Positions 23,109-35,680 of a DNA stretch of 64,000 nt are shown here, piece after piece. The position numbers and the translations under genes were made by a program. The DNA comes from Marsupella aquatica (Eukaryota; Plantae; Marchantiophyta), in assembly GCA_973895155.1 (NCBI GenBank), contig OZ316899.1:9546287-9610286 (forward strand). The letters run 5' to 3'. Positions within the stretch are counted from its first letter, which is position 1, and every line of letters starts with the position of its first letter. The notes under the pieces were generated by a model. The model made no database searches and was not told the DNA's origin. It saw nothing but the letters and a program-made list of their open reading frames with translations.

Positions 23109-24198
23109 TGGACAGAGATGATCTCCATCCAATTCCGACTAGAGGTCACTCTCCCTTCCTTGGATAGAGATCATCTCCGTCCAACTGGATAGAGATGATT
23201 TCAGACATAGGATAGGAATGATCTATATGCAATTACTAATACAAATCATCACTACCCTTTGCTTGGATAGAGATCATCTCTATCCAACTACACAGGGATG
23301 ATCTCTATCTAGGCAGAGGATGGGGCAGAGGACGGGAAAGATCCAAAACCTTTGACAAACTCTAAATCATCTCTACCCATTGCATGGATAGAGATCATCT
23401 CTATCCAACTGGACAGGGATGATCTCTATCCAGGTAGAGAATATATGTTAACGATCTGTATTGAATTACTAACATCTCTATCCAACTTAGCTATCTTGGA
23501 CAGGGATGATCTCTATCTAGGTAGAGAATGTTAACTATCTGTATTGAAATTTTACTAACATCTCTATCCAACTTTACTATCCTATGCTTGGATAGAGATC
23601 ATCTCTATCCAAATGGACAGCGATGATCTCTATCCATAGAGAGGATGAGAATGATTCGTAACGAATTACTAGTAGAAATCATCACTATCCTCTGCTTGGA
23701 TAGAGATCATCTCTATCCAACTGGACAGGGATGATCTCTATCCATAAAGAGGATGAGAATGATCCGTAATGAATTATTGGTAGAAATCATCACTATCCTC
23801 TGCTTGGATAGAGATCATCTGGACAGGGATGATTTCTATCCAGGTAGAGAATGTTAACGATCTGTATTGAATTACTAACATCTCTATCCAACTTAGCTAT
23901 CCTATGCTTGGATAGAGATCATCTCTATCCAACTGGACAGGGATGATCTCTATCCAGGTAGAGAATGTTAACGATCTGCATTGAAATTTTACTAACATCT
24001 CTATCCAACTTGACTATCCTATGCTTGGATAGAGATCATCTCTATCCAACTGGACAGGGATGATCTCTATCCATAGAGAGGATGGGAATGATCCGTAATG
24101 AATTACTAGTAGAAATCATCACTATCCTCTGCTTGGATAGAGATCATCTCGGATAGAGATCATCTCTATCCAACTGGACAGGGACGATCTCTGTCCGA
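23109..24198. repeat. Array of about 20 palindromes (TTGGATAGAGATCATCTCTATCCAA and variant CTGGACAGGGATGATCTCTATCCA) filling intron 1
   Basis: Perfect 12-bp arms around a single C. Copies usually occur as abutting pairs, in ~108-117-bp units with two spacer types. Confidence 0.93.
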
Positions 24199-24221
24199 TG
24201 CCTAAAACTTGAGGTACTCAC

Positions 24222-24316
24222 TTGGGTTGAGCAATTGAAAGGCTCTAGAATCCTCCAGGGCCGTGTCTACCACGTCCGCAATGGAGGAGAGATCCGTCTC
24301 CTCTGTTGGCTTTTGT
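24222..24316 (-). pseudogene. Upstream exon remnant of the ParB/Srx-like gene (5' end apparently lost)
   Basis: QKPTEETDLSSIADVVDTALEDSRAFQLLNP followed by donor GTGAGT at 24221. Phase 1 matches the acceptor at 23051. Confidence 0.55.
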
Positions 24317-24348
24317 AGTCAAGTCCACTTGAATAGGTCTACTTGACT

Positions 24349-24367
24349 CTAAACCCTAAACCCTAAA
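24349..24367 (-). repeat. Short interstitial telomeric repeat, (TTTAGGG) x about 2.7
   Basis: ctaaaccctaaaccctaaa. Confidence 0.75.
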
Positions 24368-24857
24368 CACATGGCAATCTGGACACGTGGTGAATCAAGG
24401 GGCGTTAGATCTAGGGCAACTAATGTGGCGGCGGTGGAGGCTGAGTAGCAATGGAGGTGGAAGCACAAGAGGAGCGACAGCCCATAGGAGGATCGAGATG
24501 AGTGAGAGGAGCACAACAGGAGCAAGAGCGAAGGAGGAGGAGGAGAGGCGGAGGAGGAGGAGAAGTGGAGGAGGAGGAAATGAAGAATGAGGTCAAGAGA
24601 GGACCTCTTGCCTCCTTTACCCCCTCCCAGGAGGATCCCAACATTCCCAGAGTGTCTCTAATCGGTGAAGATCCGGGATCTAATGGAGGGAATGACAACG
24701 GGGACTCTTCTGAGTAAGAAGCTACCAAGTAAGCTCATAAGCAAACCCGGTTTTTATTACGGTTGATTCCCTTCTTCTCTCTTTGATTTCACTTTTCTTT
24801 ATTTCCCTTTTTGCAAATATTATGGACGTTGACATAAAATACAATATTCCTCCTCAG

Positions 24858-26133
24858 GTCAGACTGGAATCTTTGTCGGCGTTTCCAACTCACAAGGAAA
24901 GTAGTTAGGCAATATATTGAAACTCCCAAGAAACCATTTGTACTACCTTCCTATACTGAAAATGTTGCTAGAAGAGTTGACAGTGTGCGGACCCTCCACT
25001 GGGAGAATAAAGGTACGTTTGAGATTAAGGAGAGGGTCTGATAGAAAATTTATTTGTAACCGATTTGTTGATGATATGGCCAAGAGCAAATTTTTAGACA
25101 TCGAGGCAGAATCAACCGACAGGTCCAAATCAAGTGAATTAGAGTTCTCAGATTAAATTGGCTTGGAATTGTATAATTTGGATTTACATTTTAGTGGAAC
25201 TATACTAGCGTTGGGCGCTACTCAAATGTATGCAGAAAACATTGTTAAATCAAAGTTAATTATCATGTCAGTTACAACTATGGTGCATTTTCCTTCTATT
25301 ATTTGCGTAATATTACATTTTTGTTATAGTAGCGTATAATTTTATGATGGTCAAGACAATGTTACATAGATACTCCCGTTCTTTCTAGATGACGTCAGTG
25401 GAATTTTCCCGTTGAACTTTTGTTCCTTTCTAAGGTTGTCTTGTCTATCGCAATGATCATTTGAGGTAGCAACGGCCATTTCAGGTTGCAACGGCCGTTT
25501 GAGGCCGCAATGAACGTGAAACCCTTTTCCCTATAACATTTTTGTGATTGCATCCTGAGTGTCTGGTATTGCATCAGCTTTCTTTGTGAACCTTGATTTT
25601 AATCTTTTAGGTCTTTCCCACTTTTGCTTCTGTTCGAGTTCTTTTGCTGACCTGCTATGGATTGTCCAAGGAGAATATCCGCGGCCTATGTTCAAAGTAT
25701 GTTGCTGATGATTTCGGAAGAGGGTTTGGTTCCCTTCACTAAACAGCCCGATTGGTCGGAAACAAGTGACTTTCGCAATCGCTTCAACCTTCCTCAAGAC
25801 AAAGCAATTAGTCCCGGTGAAACGCTTATCCCGTGGCTGAGGGATTCTCCGCCAAGGAGATTTGCTGAAAGGTTTACGGTTCACTGGCCACCTCCTCCCC
25901 ATAGTCCGACTTGGAAGGATGAAATGAGGACACACGAAGAACTTGGCCGTATTGATTTCCAAAACACTATCGTTCCTGGCAAGTTCCCCAAAAGCGGTGT
26001 TGAGCAAAAGCCATCTTTGGCTTACATCAAGACTCGTGAGCATGGTTTTGTTCCCGACAGAGTCCGATCTGCAGCTGGAATGGAGGACGATTGTGGATCA
26101 TCTACAAATGAGCGGACTAGTGCCCGATGCTAG
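24858..26133 (+). pseudogene. Decayed spliced gene of unknown product
   Basis: AG/GT-bounded open exon at about 24858-25012 (SDWNLCRRFQLTRKVVRQYIETPKKPFVLPSYTENVARRVDSVRTLHWENK). A second, frameshifted exon follows cttttAG at 25610. Confidence 0.35.
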
Positions 26134-29100
26134 TATGCTCACTTTCACAATCGACATTGTTCGTGTAGTTTTCAAAATATGATGCTGAGATTGGATCGGA
26201 TCTGGCAGATGACTACAGGTACATTGATTAGTTTGTTTTTGATTAGTTTGAGGATCTCTTAGCTATTTTTCTCATCCCTTGTCTATAAGCTCTTACAAGT
26301 GCCTGGCACTAGTATACCGTCCGACTGTATCAAGTGAGAGGCATCGGATGCGCGTTGCTTTTTGAATTTTTCAATCCTTCCGTTTAGAGTGTGGACACCT
26401 CGGATCAGTCAAAACTTATGTCAGTGCCTAGCCCTACCATCTTGCTAAATGAATTTTCCATCACATGACTTTATGGATTGTTGAGTGGCGTGGGATGTGC
26501 AAATTGGTTGGATTTGGTTCGATTCAATGTCAAGATTTCTCATGTCCTTTTGTCAGTGCTTGGCTTTGCCATATTCTTTTTTGTGATTACCTAATTCCCG
26601 TATTGCATGGACAGTTTTTGGATTTTATGTTTCGAGTGCCTGGCGCTACTACTGGGTCGGGATAGCTAATATCAGGCCAAGACAAATCTTCTTCTTCTGG
26701 ATTTCCTGTCAAAGCTAGTTAGTAATGTCAAAGATCTTGGTTCCTTCTGAAAAATTTGTGCCAATCTGTGGGAAACAATTGGGGTCTCTAGTTTCCCCTG
26801 TTATAAGTTCCTATTTTGGGTTTCTTGTTTTCCTGTTTCTTGTCTTTTGTAAATCCCCCAAGAAACCATTTACCACGTAAGATTGTCATACTTGACTTTC
26901 GCATTCCAAGAGGCAAGTCGTGGCAGAGCTTAAAGGGAGGCAAGGCACAAAAAGGTATCGAGGGAGGAGGGCTGAAAGGCGTGATCACTGTGAGAGGGAG
27001 ATCATTCAGAAGATGACATATGAGCGAGGCGTAAGTGTGAGTAAAGGGGCAGTTCAAGTTTCATCTCTGTGGTTGGAGTCAAGGTGAGCTTTAGAAATCG
27101 TTTACAGATTGTCTTAAGCTCTATGGGTGTTGTTGTTGGTTCATTGCGCAACAGGTTGCAGGATCTATTTTGGTTTGATACTTTTTCCTCTTTCGGGTTG
27201 ATGCTTTTGAGTATGTTTTGTTTGGGGTTTTGTGAGAGTCGCTGGTGAAAGTGGTCATTTTGGTGGGGAACTGTGATTTCTTGTGTTTGATGCCGCTGCT
27301 TATGCCTATGTCATGAATTTCTCTGCCTGCTGATTCCAACTTTTAGCAGTGCGGAGGTTGGCATTGCGGGCCGTGTTTCTGAAATTTTTGATCTCTTCTT
27401 TAGGATTGCCTTACGGTTTTTGCTTGAACATATTTGATGGCAGTCAAGGATTGTTTGGTAGTAGTCAAGAAATGGGTCTGGCATTAATTTCTGTTGTTTC
27501 TTTTCCTGTCCTTGGTGACCCATCGAGTCGGCTTCTCATGTTCACTAGGTTTATCATTTGAAATACAAATCTTTGTCTTCCTCTATGGCAAGGATGAGCG
27601 TTGGCCTCTCCTCTCTATACGTACAACAATTGTTAGCAATTAACTTGTTACAGAGGGAGATAAAATTTCATTCCTAAGACACACGTTTGTCTCCATGATT
27701 TGGGGAGGCTTGGCTACCAAACCCGTGGATAAGCGAGTTTGGCCATTTGTTTGAAGCAACTTTACTTTTAACACAGGTGGAACTGTGGAAAGGATGACGT
27801 TCATGTGGATGACAACATGGAGCAGGCCATCTCTTTGGGCCTTTCTGACTTTTAGCCAAAGAGGAGTGTCTTGAGAGGAGCTTTGACTGTTTGATATGTT
27901 GAATTTGGTTGAATACCATATATAGTCTGTTGAGTCTTGTGTTACACTGAATTCCTCGATCCAATGGTTTGTTTGCTGCCATTATGTTCTCCGTACGTGG
28001 TGATATCCCAATTGGCTCCTGGAACCATTCCCATCAAAGACCCTCAGTGCCTCCTTCGCCTTCATCGTCCTCCACAATTTCACAGTTTGTTTCATGTTGA
28101 AGTACTACTTGGTTACCACGTCGACTAGCATTATGTGCCGTGTGGATACTTGTTGCCCCACTCGTTGCCAATTTGGGGTTTTTGTCTAGCTGAATTAATG
28201 GCACCATCATCATTTTTGTGGATGTCTGAGCTATGACAGTTGCTGTATTGAAGAGAACCTGCTTGTTCAACATAGTGAGAGGCATCAAAATCAATTAGCT
28301 TGAAGCCTTTTGATGATGAACAGGTTGGTCAATTTAGTGGACTATCACAGGAAGTTGGAGCTCCCACTCACTCTCTGGTCTCACGTACATGGAGCTTCTC
28401 TTCTGTAAGTTATTGCAAATATTTTTGTGGTGTCGAGAGCCTCATTCAACTTTCTCTAATACATTGATTGATTCAGATCTTTAGTTCAGCGCATTCAATG
28501 GCATCAAAATCAAAGGACCACAAACATAAATATGTTTGTCAGATTCATAGGACAAGCACAGTAATTGAAGCTTCCAGTCAAGTCTCTAGTCTTCTATAGC
28601 TTAATCCTGTTTGCCCAATGCACGCATACTGATCTCCAAACTTACTGCACATTTTGGTGATTCGTCTGCGTCTTAGGTAGATTGATTGATTTATCGGTTC
28701 TTTCATGAATTCATTCTTTGATACATTGATGAACTCACCAAAGAAAATGAGTACATGTAATTAGATACATGTAATTAGAGAAGGGGACAGTGAAAGAAAG
28801 TACCATCTTGCAGTTGGGGAGAATGTTGACTGACCACACTGGGACGTGATAAGACCACCCTTGCAATTCCATAATTGCATGATCATTAACTGAATCCCTG
28901 TTTGTCAAGAACGCCGCACAATGGAAAATAGAAGGAGAAGAAGACCCGTTGTCACTTGTATAATTGGTGGTGGTGGTTGTGGAGTTGTAGATAGAAATTT
29001 CTAGATATCTACCAGGGATGCAATGTGAAGGTGCATCATCAACCGCCGCCATAGCTGGTGCGCAAAGTTTTATCGCCGAGTGCAGTTGAGCCAAGTGGCT

Positions 29101-29160
29101 CTACTTTGGGTGCTTCACTTGGCCACCCTCATCGGTCAGAGCAAAGAAATCATAACTGGT

Positions 29161-32100
29161 TGTGATGCCTGCCGTAGCAGTGCGCCCAAAATTTATCCCT
29201 CTGTGAGACATGTGCTAATTGATCAGACTGCCTTTGCTCTGAAAGAATGTGGCGGCTGCATGTGGCGCATTTTCCAAGACCTCTAACCCCAAGAACTACC
29301 CTCAACCGATCATAAACCACCCGTTTATGTCCGTCCTCTTGCCTTATGGCAGCTATTTGGCTTGGAAATGCGATCCTCTCCTTCGATCCACACTTACTGG
29401 ACCGGTTCTTTCACTGGGCTTGTGAATTGTGCACAACTGAGACACCTAATTCCTCTTTAACTTCTTTAGGTATATTTGTATTCCGCCCCCGGAATGTACC
29501 TCTACGGCTTAATTTCTTAAGCCGACTCAAGGTCTTTTTCAGACGGACTCAACCCACACTTCACCGACTAAACACTCTCAATCCTCACTTTTCTCTCAGA
29601 GTTTGATTGGGCAGTCTCCAATCAAGACAATGCGATCGTACTTTGCTCAATAGTTCACCCTATCTGACTTAAATCGATCAAGCAACAGATATCACAACAC
29701 TCAACTTCTTGGATGGCAAGAATCTGCGAACTAGGCAACGAGGCCAACTCAATTCAAACAATATATTGCTCAAAAATCCAAGGGAACTGGTAGTTTACTG
29801 ATACCCTGCGGTCTAGATTTTGCCGAGAGCTTCCTGTGCTCACAACAATACAGATTTTACACTAAAGCCTTGACTAAGAAAACAACCCCTCCCAGCCACG
29901 CTACCCGGGTTTTTATCCTTGCAGCGTGATTGAAAGAAGCGCGGAAAGCCTACCCCTACAATCCCACCTTGCCACCGTGATAATCCTCTTTATGAACAAA
30001 AAACAAAACTAATCTGCCTAAGCCGGAAACCCGATGGATCCGGACCTCTAACACAATTGAACTATTCAAGCCGACAGAGCGCTACTTGCCCTGTCCACAT
30101 CCTACAACGGCTGCGCCCTCCTGGCCCAAGCCCTTCTCCTTCTGCCACATCCTCCTTCCAATTGACGACTGGCCTACCTTAATTGTCAGATGACCGGTGG
30201 TAATCCTGTGCTGTCCAACTCTGCACCTTCCCCTGTACTCGGCTTTGGCTGACTACCCTCGGCCACATTAACTACGGCTTTGGGTTTGGCCTCGGCTTCA
30301 TCCTCCTCGGCAACGGCCTGGAGAGCTTTTGCCTTAACTTCCTCAATCCAAGCCTGCTCCCCGATGCGCTCGGTCTCGATAACCCACGGCTTCATGTTTT
30401 GAGTGTCCATAGAAGCAGTACCATTGTCTAAACCTGTCACCGCAGCTCCAATCCGCAGTACAACTTCGGCTTCCATGGAGCGAAGCCGAGTGATTATCTA
30501 CTCTTTCTTTAACCGCTCTAACGTCATTGCCTCCTCCAGTCTCGTTTGATCAGCCACTTCTTTTCTAAGAAATGGCCCGGATTCCAACTCGTTACCAAAG
30601 ATTTCTAAGGCTAAGAGTCCACACATGTCTCCATACTCCTTAGCCCGATTTCTTGCATAGTTTGACCTCCCAGGTGATACTGGCATCTGCCATCGGGGTC
30701 GTCTCTCCCAAGCCTCTGCCCGTAATTGATCAAAGTCAGTGAGAGGTTCGGCCTGCCTCTCACTAAGGCGTCTTATTTCTTCCGGCCACTCTCCTCCTGG
30801 TAGCTGGCATTCCTGTTATGCATTCCGGGCCCCCCACTCCTTAATCCTCACTTGTAGCCCGGCTTCAGCTTCCTTCATCTTGTCAAATTCCAATGGCATC
30901 ACATCTGGTGGAGGAGATTCTGGTGTTTTCTGGTCCTCTAGCTTGCCATAGAAGACTGCGGGAAGTCTTCTACAAAACCTTCCCATCGTTCTAACTCCTG
31001 GTACCGGCCTCTCCCTGTGATCGACATAGTCGTCGTTGTAATCATCCACATTAACCTGACTCCCTAGCATGTTGGCCTCTCCTCCAAAGCCCCCGATCTC
31101 TTCCTCCGAATATTGTTGGGCTACTGCTGGTTGACTTTCCTCCACAGGTCCCTCCACTTGGGCTCTGTTAGAAGCTCTTAATACCGGCCTCTCCTGGCTT
31201 TGGCTTACCTCCTCATCTGTCTCCGAATCCATTCGCTCGTCATATTTCTTTCTCTCTTGGGCAGTCATCTTCCTTTCGACCAATTGGATGCCTGCATATG
31301 GATTATTACAAGTAGGCCTATGCAACGGATTTCTCACTACATCATATGTTACTACCTCTGGCTCCTTGATAGGGGAATGCTCCTATTCTCGTGTTGCCGG
31401 TGTTGCCGACCTCCTCCCGTGGCGTCATTTGCTTAGAGGCTCCTCGTCCTCCCCCACCTCCTCAAGTGGTGCAGTGATCGGCATCCGCTCCTGTATAGGC
31501 AACACCGGTGCAAAAGACTGGCTTCTTGCATATCGGCAAAGTAATTGCAGATGGTACCCTAGTCTGGATACCGCTCCCTCCCCAATGCTCTGCTTCTCTT
31601 CATTTAATGCCTTCTTCAACTGCATTAAGAGATAGCCGTTGTAGTCTCGGCTTGCATCGATATTCTCCACCAAAAATACCTGGGCTTTGCCGATTTTTGC
31701 TCTCGGCAAGGTACAATGCAACTCTCAGGAAATCAATCAGCTGCCCTATATGCAGGTTGGTACATTGATTCCTGAAAAACCCATTCTTAGTGGAAGGCCC
31801 TGGAAATGACCTGAACTGGTCATCCGGCAACGTCTTCCTCTGCTCCACCTTAGTCTTCCTTCCTGTTGGTAAAGCAAAGAAGGCTGCCCTATATGCAGGT
31901 GTCAGTTCGAACACCTTTCCATACAGCAATGTCGTGTTGGAAGAAGCCTCCCAGCATCTCACAAAGTCCAATAGATCCTCATCTGGTATGTCTACCATCC
32001 TCCAGGACAACCTGACAAAGCCCTCCAACCCAGTGTCATTCATATATCCTGCATATTTATTATCCTGAACGGCACTGAAGACCTCATCCTCATCTCTTGC

Positions 32101-32948
32101 GAACTGTAATTGTAAATTGTCAGGTAACCTGTTCGCCCACCCTGTCATGGTTTTATCCTCTACAGCCCGATCTCTAACTGGCCCGGATTCCATCTTGATT
32201 GGTCTCTCCGACCTAGTTCGCTTTGTTGGAGTGGCGGATGCCAAACCTCCCTTGCGCTTCATCTCTTCAGCACTTGAATACTCCCCAAGAATGGCTTCCT
32301 TCGTCCACTTCGCAGTGTGACCCTTCAATTCCCAAAGTGGCTGCCCTGCGTTCTTGATTGCCTCCCTAATCCCCACAACCTTATTCTCCCGGATCAGCAA
32401 TTTGTCAAGCTCTGCACTGGTGGGTATCCACGAGAACTTTTCCAACACCTCCGCATCTACAAATGCCGTTTTGTGAATTCCCCACAATCGCGCAAGCTCC
32501 GCTCGTTCTCTGGTTGCGCGCTCCGGCTCAACGTCTTCATACGTAGGTATCAGCTGCCTTGCTTCTTCAAGAAAATAGCCCCAAAACTTACCTGCCTGAT
32601 TCACCGTGTTCATTCCACCGAATGCCAAGAACTTGTGCAATCTCCCAATCCACCTTAGCACTCAACTGACAGTCGCTCCTCAATGTCGAAACCGTGTACA
32701 CGAGAATGCAAAATGGCAGAGTATTGGTCACCTTACTCCAAAGCCGCCACTTAGGGGTCCTTGTGATCAAGCATGGATTAGGTCATAACTCCAATCCGCT
32801 GGATCTCAACCGTTGGATCCTTTCCTTTATCATCTACACGTAGAAATTGGCATCGGTCTTTACTGTTACCTTATACTCTCTATCTATCCTTATTTTGCCA
32901 TTTTTTTTAGGCTTAGTTATTACTTCGTGATCCTGGCAAGGCATCACA
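29161..32948 (-). mobile_element. Protein-coding solo-LTR-like unit, copy A (3788 bp), without TSD
   Basis: Perfect 10-bp inverted ends TGTGATGCCT...AGGCATCACA. The start matches that of 39723, with internal homology to copy B. Flanks CTGGT and AATTT do not match. Confidence 0.78.
30186..32661 (-). pseudogene. Broken ORF inside copy A, homologous to 39838-43472
   Basis: Shared blocks VNQAxxFWG, RKTLPDxxFRSFPGPSTKNGFFRN, SRDYNGYLL and PESPPPDV; most of the coiled coil is deleted. Confidence 0.85.
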
Positions 32949-35680
32949 AATTTTCCCCAGTCATTCTTGTCAGGACAACTATCATACCATTTTTGAGCTC
33001 CTTTCTTCATTAATCCTCCAAAGAGGTTAGCCTTTTCTGCATCTTGGCTCTAGCCATTGGATGCAGCCGCTGCTTCAAATTCCTTGAGATATACCTTAGC
33101 ATCTTCTTTAGAGGTGCCAAAGAATTGGTCATAACGAACGTTGTTCCGAGCCATTTGTGTTGCTGCAATTATTCAAAACGGAGGTACAAAGAAGGGGTTT
33201 ATAGCTGGTTGAGGACTAGATAAGCTGGAGCTACCAGAGTGACTGTTGGTGCTAGATCAACTACTGCTATCACTCAAGGAAGAGCTTCTGCTTACTCCAT
33301 CTCTTGGTGTCTATAGCAAAGCCCCAACAAGAGTTTGATTCCCTTGGACCTGGGGGAATTCTGTGTATTCATCCGAGGTCACAGGCGAAGGGAGGTTAGG
33401 TGTCTGAATTTCAAGCGTGGTAAGTTCCAAAGTTTTGGCCCCAAGAGGTACCTCAATATGCTGGGACAAACCACGAGAGGAATCCAGGTCCTTAAAACTT
33501 GGTGAAGCTACATATTCTTCAAGGCTAGTAGACCCTTGCAATGACCGCACAGGCTCATACTTCCTTCGTGGCTTCTGAGGAACAATTAGCTTGGGTCCAG
33601 AACGCAAATTTATGAACAAAGGTCTGCTAGCTGCCGGTTGTTCCAACGTACCCCTGGAAGTAGCTTCCTGAATTGCACTTACCCGCCGAGAGACGGTATT
33701 TGGTGGTGTGGTTTCCACTACCTGAAGCTTGGGGTGCAATGCACGGGGTACTACTGTAGATCTAGAAGAGTCCGGTTGGCTAGAGGGTCTGATGGATTTC
33801 TTTCTAATTGGTGGACCTCCTTCAGACATACCTCATCCTTTGGATATACTGATCACCATCTGTATATGATCAGGCCACCATTTGTCTTTATCCCTCGGCG
33901 ACCTGGGATAGGGACCAGTCATTGCTCCTCCATATCTCGTTTACCGTGCTCTAGCTTGAACGACCCCTTCAGTTCTTGAGGTCTTCCTTGGAAGCGTCGT
34001 TTGGAATCCTGAAGGGCGTTTCCAAAGCATCCTCGTCCAGAGTCCGGCAGCAACACTTCTGGAGGCTCACCATTCTTACACAGCTTTGTCGGATGCCCTC
34101 AGATTTTCCCAACGAGACTTGAAGAGGTGCATTTCTTCAGACTCACCTCTCAAAATCAGTATTGGTGGGACACTTGTGGGAACGCCTTTCGCTAGAGCGG
34201 ACGCTTCTGGAAGCGTCCCTTGTAAGCGTTGGATTTGACCGGACGCTTCTGGTCGCGACTGGTCTGAATGGACGTTTCTGAAAGCGCCCGTCACAAGCAT
34301 AGGCGTCCACAAAAATCTGGACTTAATCACCCTACTTCCTGGCTCTTGGCATCTCTGATTTCATCCTACTTCCCCACTTAATTATGTTTAACTAAGTTCT
34401 AAAATATGCAACTAGTGAATCCGCAAACTGTCTTAGTTATCTCCTTACTCTCCTATACGTTTCATGGTGTGTAATTGCTTCAGCTAGATTCCTGATGGAA
34501 ATGACTAAATGTCGCTCCTGAGTGATTCTACCATTTAATCATAAAATTACTGAGTGTAAGATTTCCTCTTCCCACCAGGTGAAAGATAACCAATGTATGC
34601 CTCCTCGACCTCTTAGACTCAAGACCCAGGAGTTCACATAACAATTCCTTAAATTCTGAATTCTCAATGATCCTAATGACCTGATAGGTGGCATTTTCAA
34701 ATTGAACTGGAGTATTTTAAGAATTCAATATACACATAAGAATCATGTTTCAATAATCTCAGACCTGAGGTCACTTGCCACTCTCTGATTCCTTTGAAAT
34801 TTCAGTTTCTAAGGCAACTAATTCAGAACTTCCTTGAAGAACATGCTCCATCCTTTGTGGCTCCTTCACCGATACCGAGAGAGTTTCTAGAAAAGATTTC
34901 ACTTTTGTTAATTCATTTAAAACCTTTAAAAAGGCTTTTGGGGCGCTCTCCACTGAACACGGTCGCACTTTGAAAAGAAAGCTCTTCATCTTCTTTGGAG
35001 ACTTCATCTTCGATCTCCTGTGGTACGTTCAAGCAGTAACCGGTAGGGGATGCTCGTGAATCTTCTTGGATTGTCAGTCCAAGATCTCCTCAACTATGGT
35101 TGTGCAAGGGATATTTCCTTAGACTTTTGTTTGAGCATTCCATTCCCTAGCGTCCATATAAATTCTGGCATTCACTGCCGCCTCAATTCTGATTCCAAAA
35201 TCATTCCCCGGCAGTGGCACCAAAAATCGTATGTGGTAAGCCGGAAGTATCAAAAGTATCACTTAAAACTTAAAATCTCTGGTTTCGATCCCTTAAAGAA
35301 TGGATTTGCATCAGATTTAATATTTTTATCTCCCTGAATGATTTAGAGCTCTGAGCTCTAAATTTCTCTTGTTTCTCAATAGAAAATCAAATGAACAACA
35401 CCAAGGTAACTAAACTTCTGATTTATGAGACAGAGGAATAACAATTTGAGTGCTGATAAGATAAAGTCTGCTAAAGCCACTCCTTCAGAAAGGACTATGG
35501 TCTTATTATAAGCATAGACTAGACCTCATAACTCACTGATTACCCTCCTGAATTCCCAAAGATGTATGATAAAAGGCTTATAAGTTTGACAAATAGAGTG
35601 ATTTCCTGATCACAATTGTGATGATATATCTCAGTATGTCGGCAACAGAGTTTAACATCAGCGATACGCAATTCAATGGT
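32949..35680 (-). mobile_element. 5' relic of a second Athila-like element (element 3): partial 5' LTR, PBS, leader ORFs, gag N-terminus
   Basis: LTR edge TG at 35232. PBS TGGTGCCACTGCCGGGGA at 35205-35222 with the same 9-nt spacer as element 2. gag motifs INLRSGPKLIVP and EDAKVYLKEFEA...AQKWYD match element 2. Confidence 0.85.

Noticed and set aside
23109-24198. CRISPR array (palindromic repeats with spacers); likewise 9515-10095
   Set aside because: The spacers are repeated rather than unique, there are no cas genes, and the arrays lie in spliceosomal introns.
26780-28300. Possible further exons or retroelement fragments
   Set aside because: Only short, stop-ridden frames with no motif I can defend.
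28735-29094. Possible F-box/kelch-like gene fragment
   Set aside because: The resemblance rests on one weak motif (LEISIYNSTT); not supportable.
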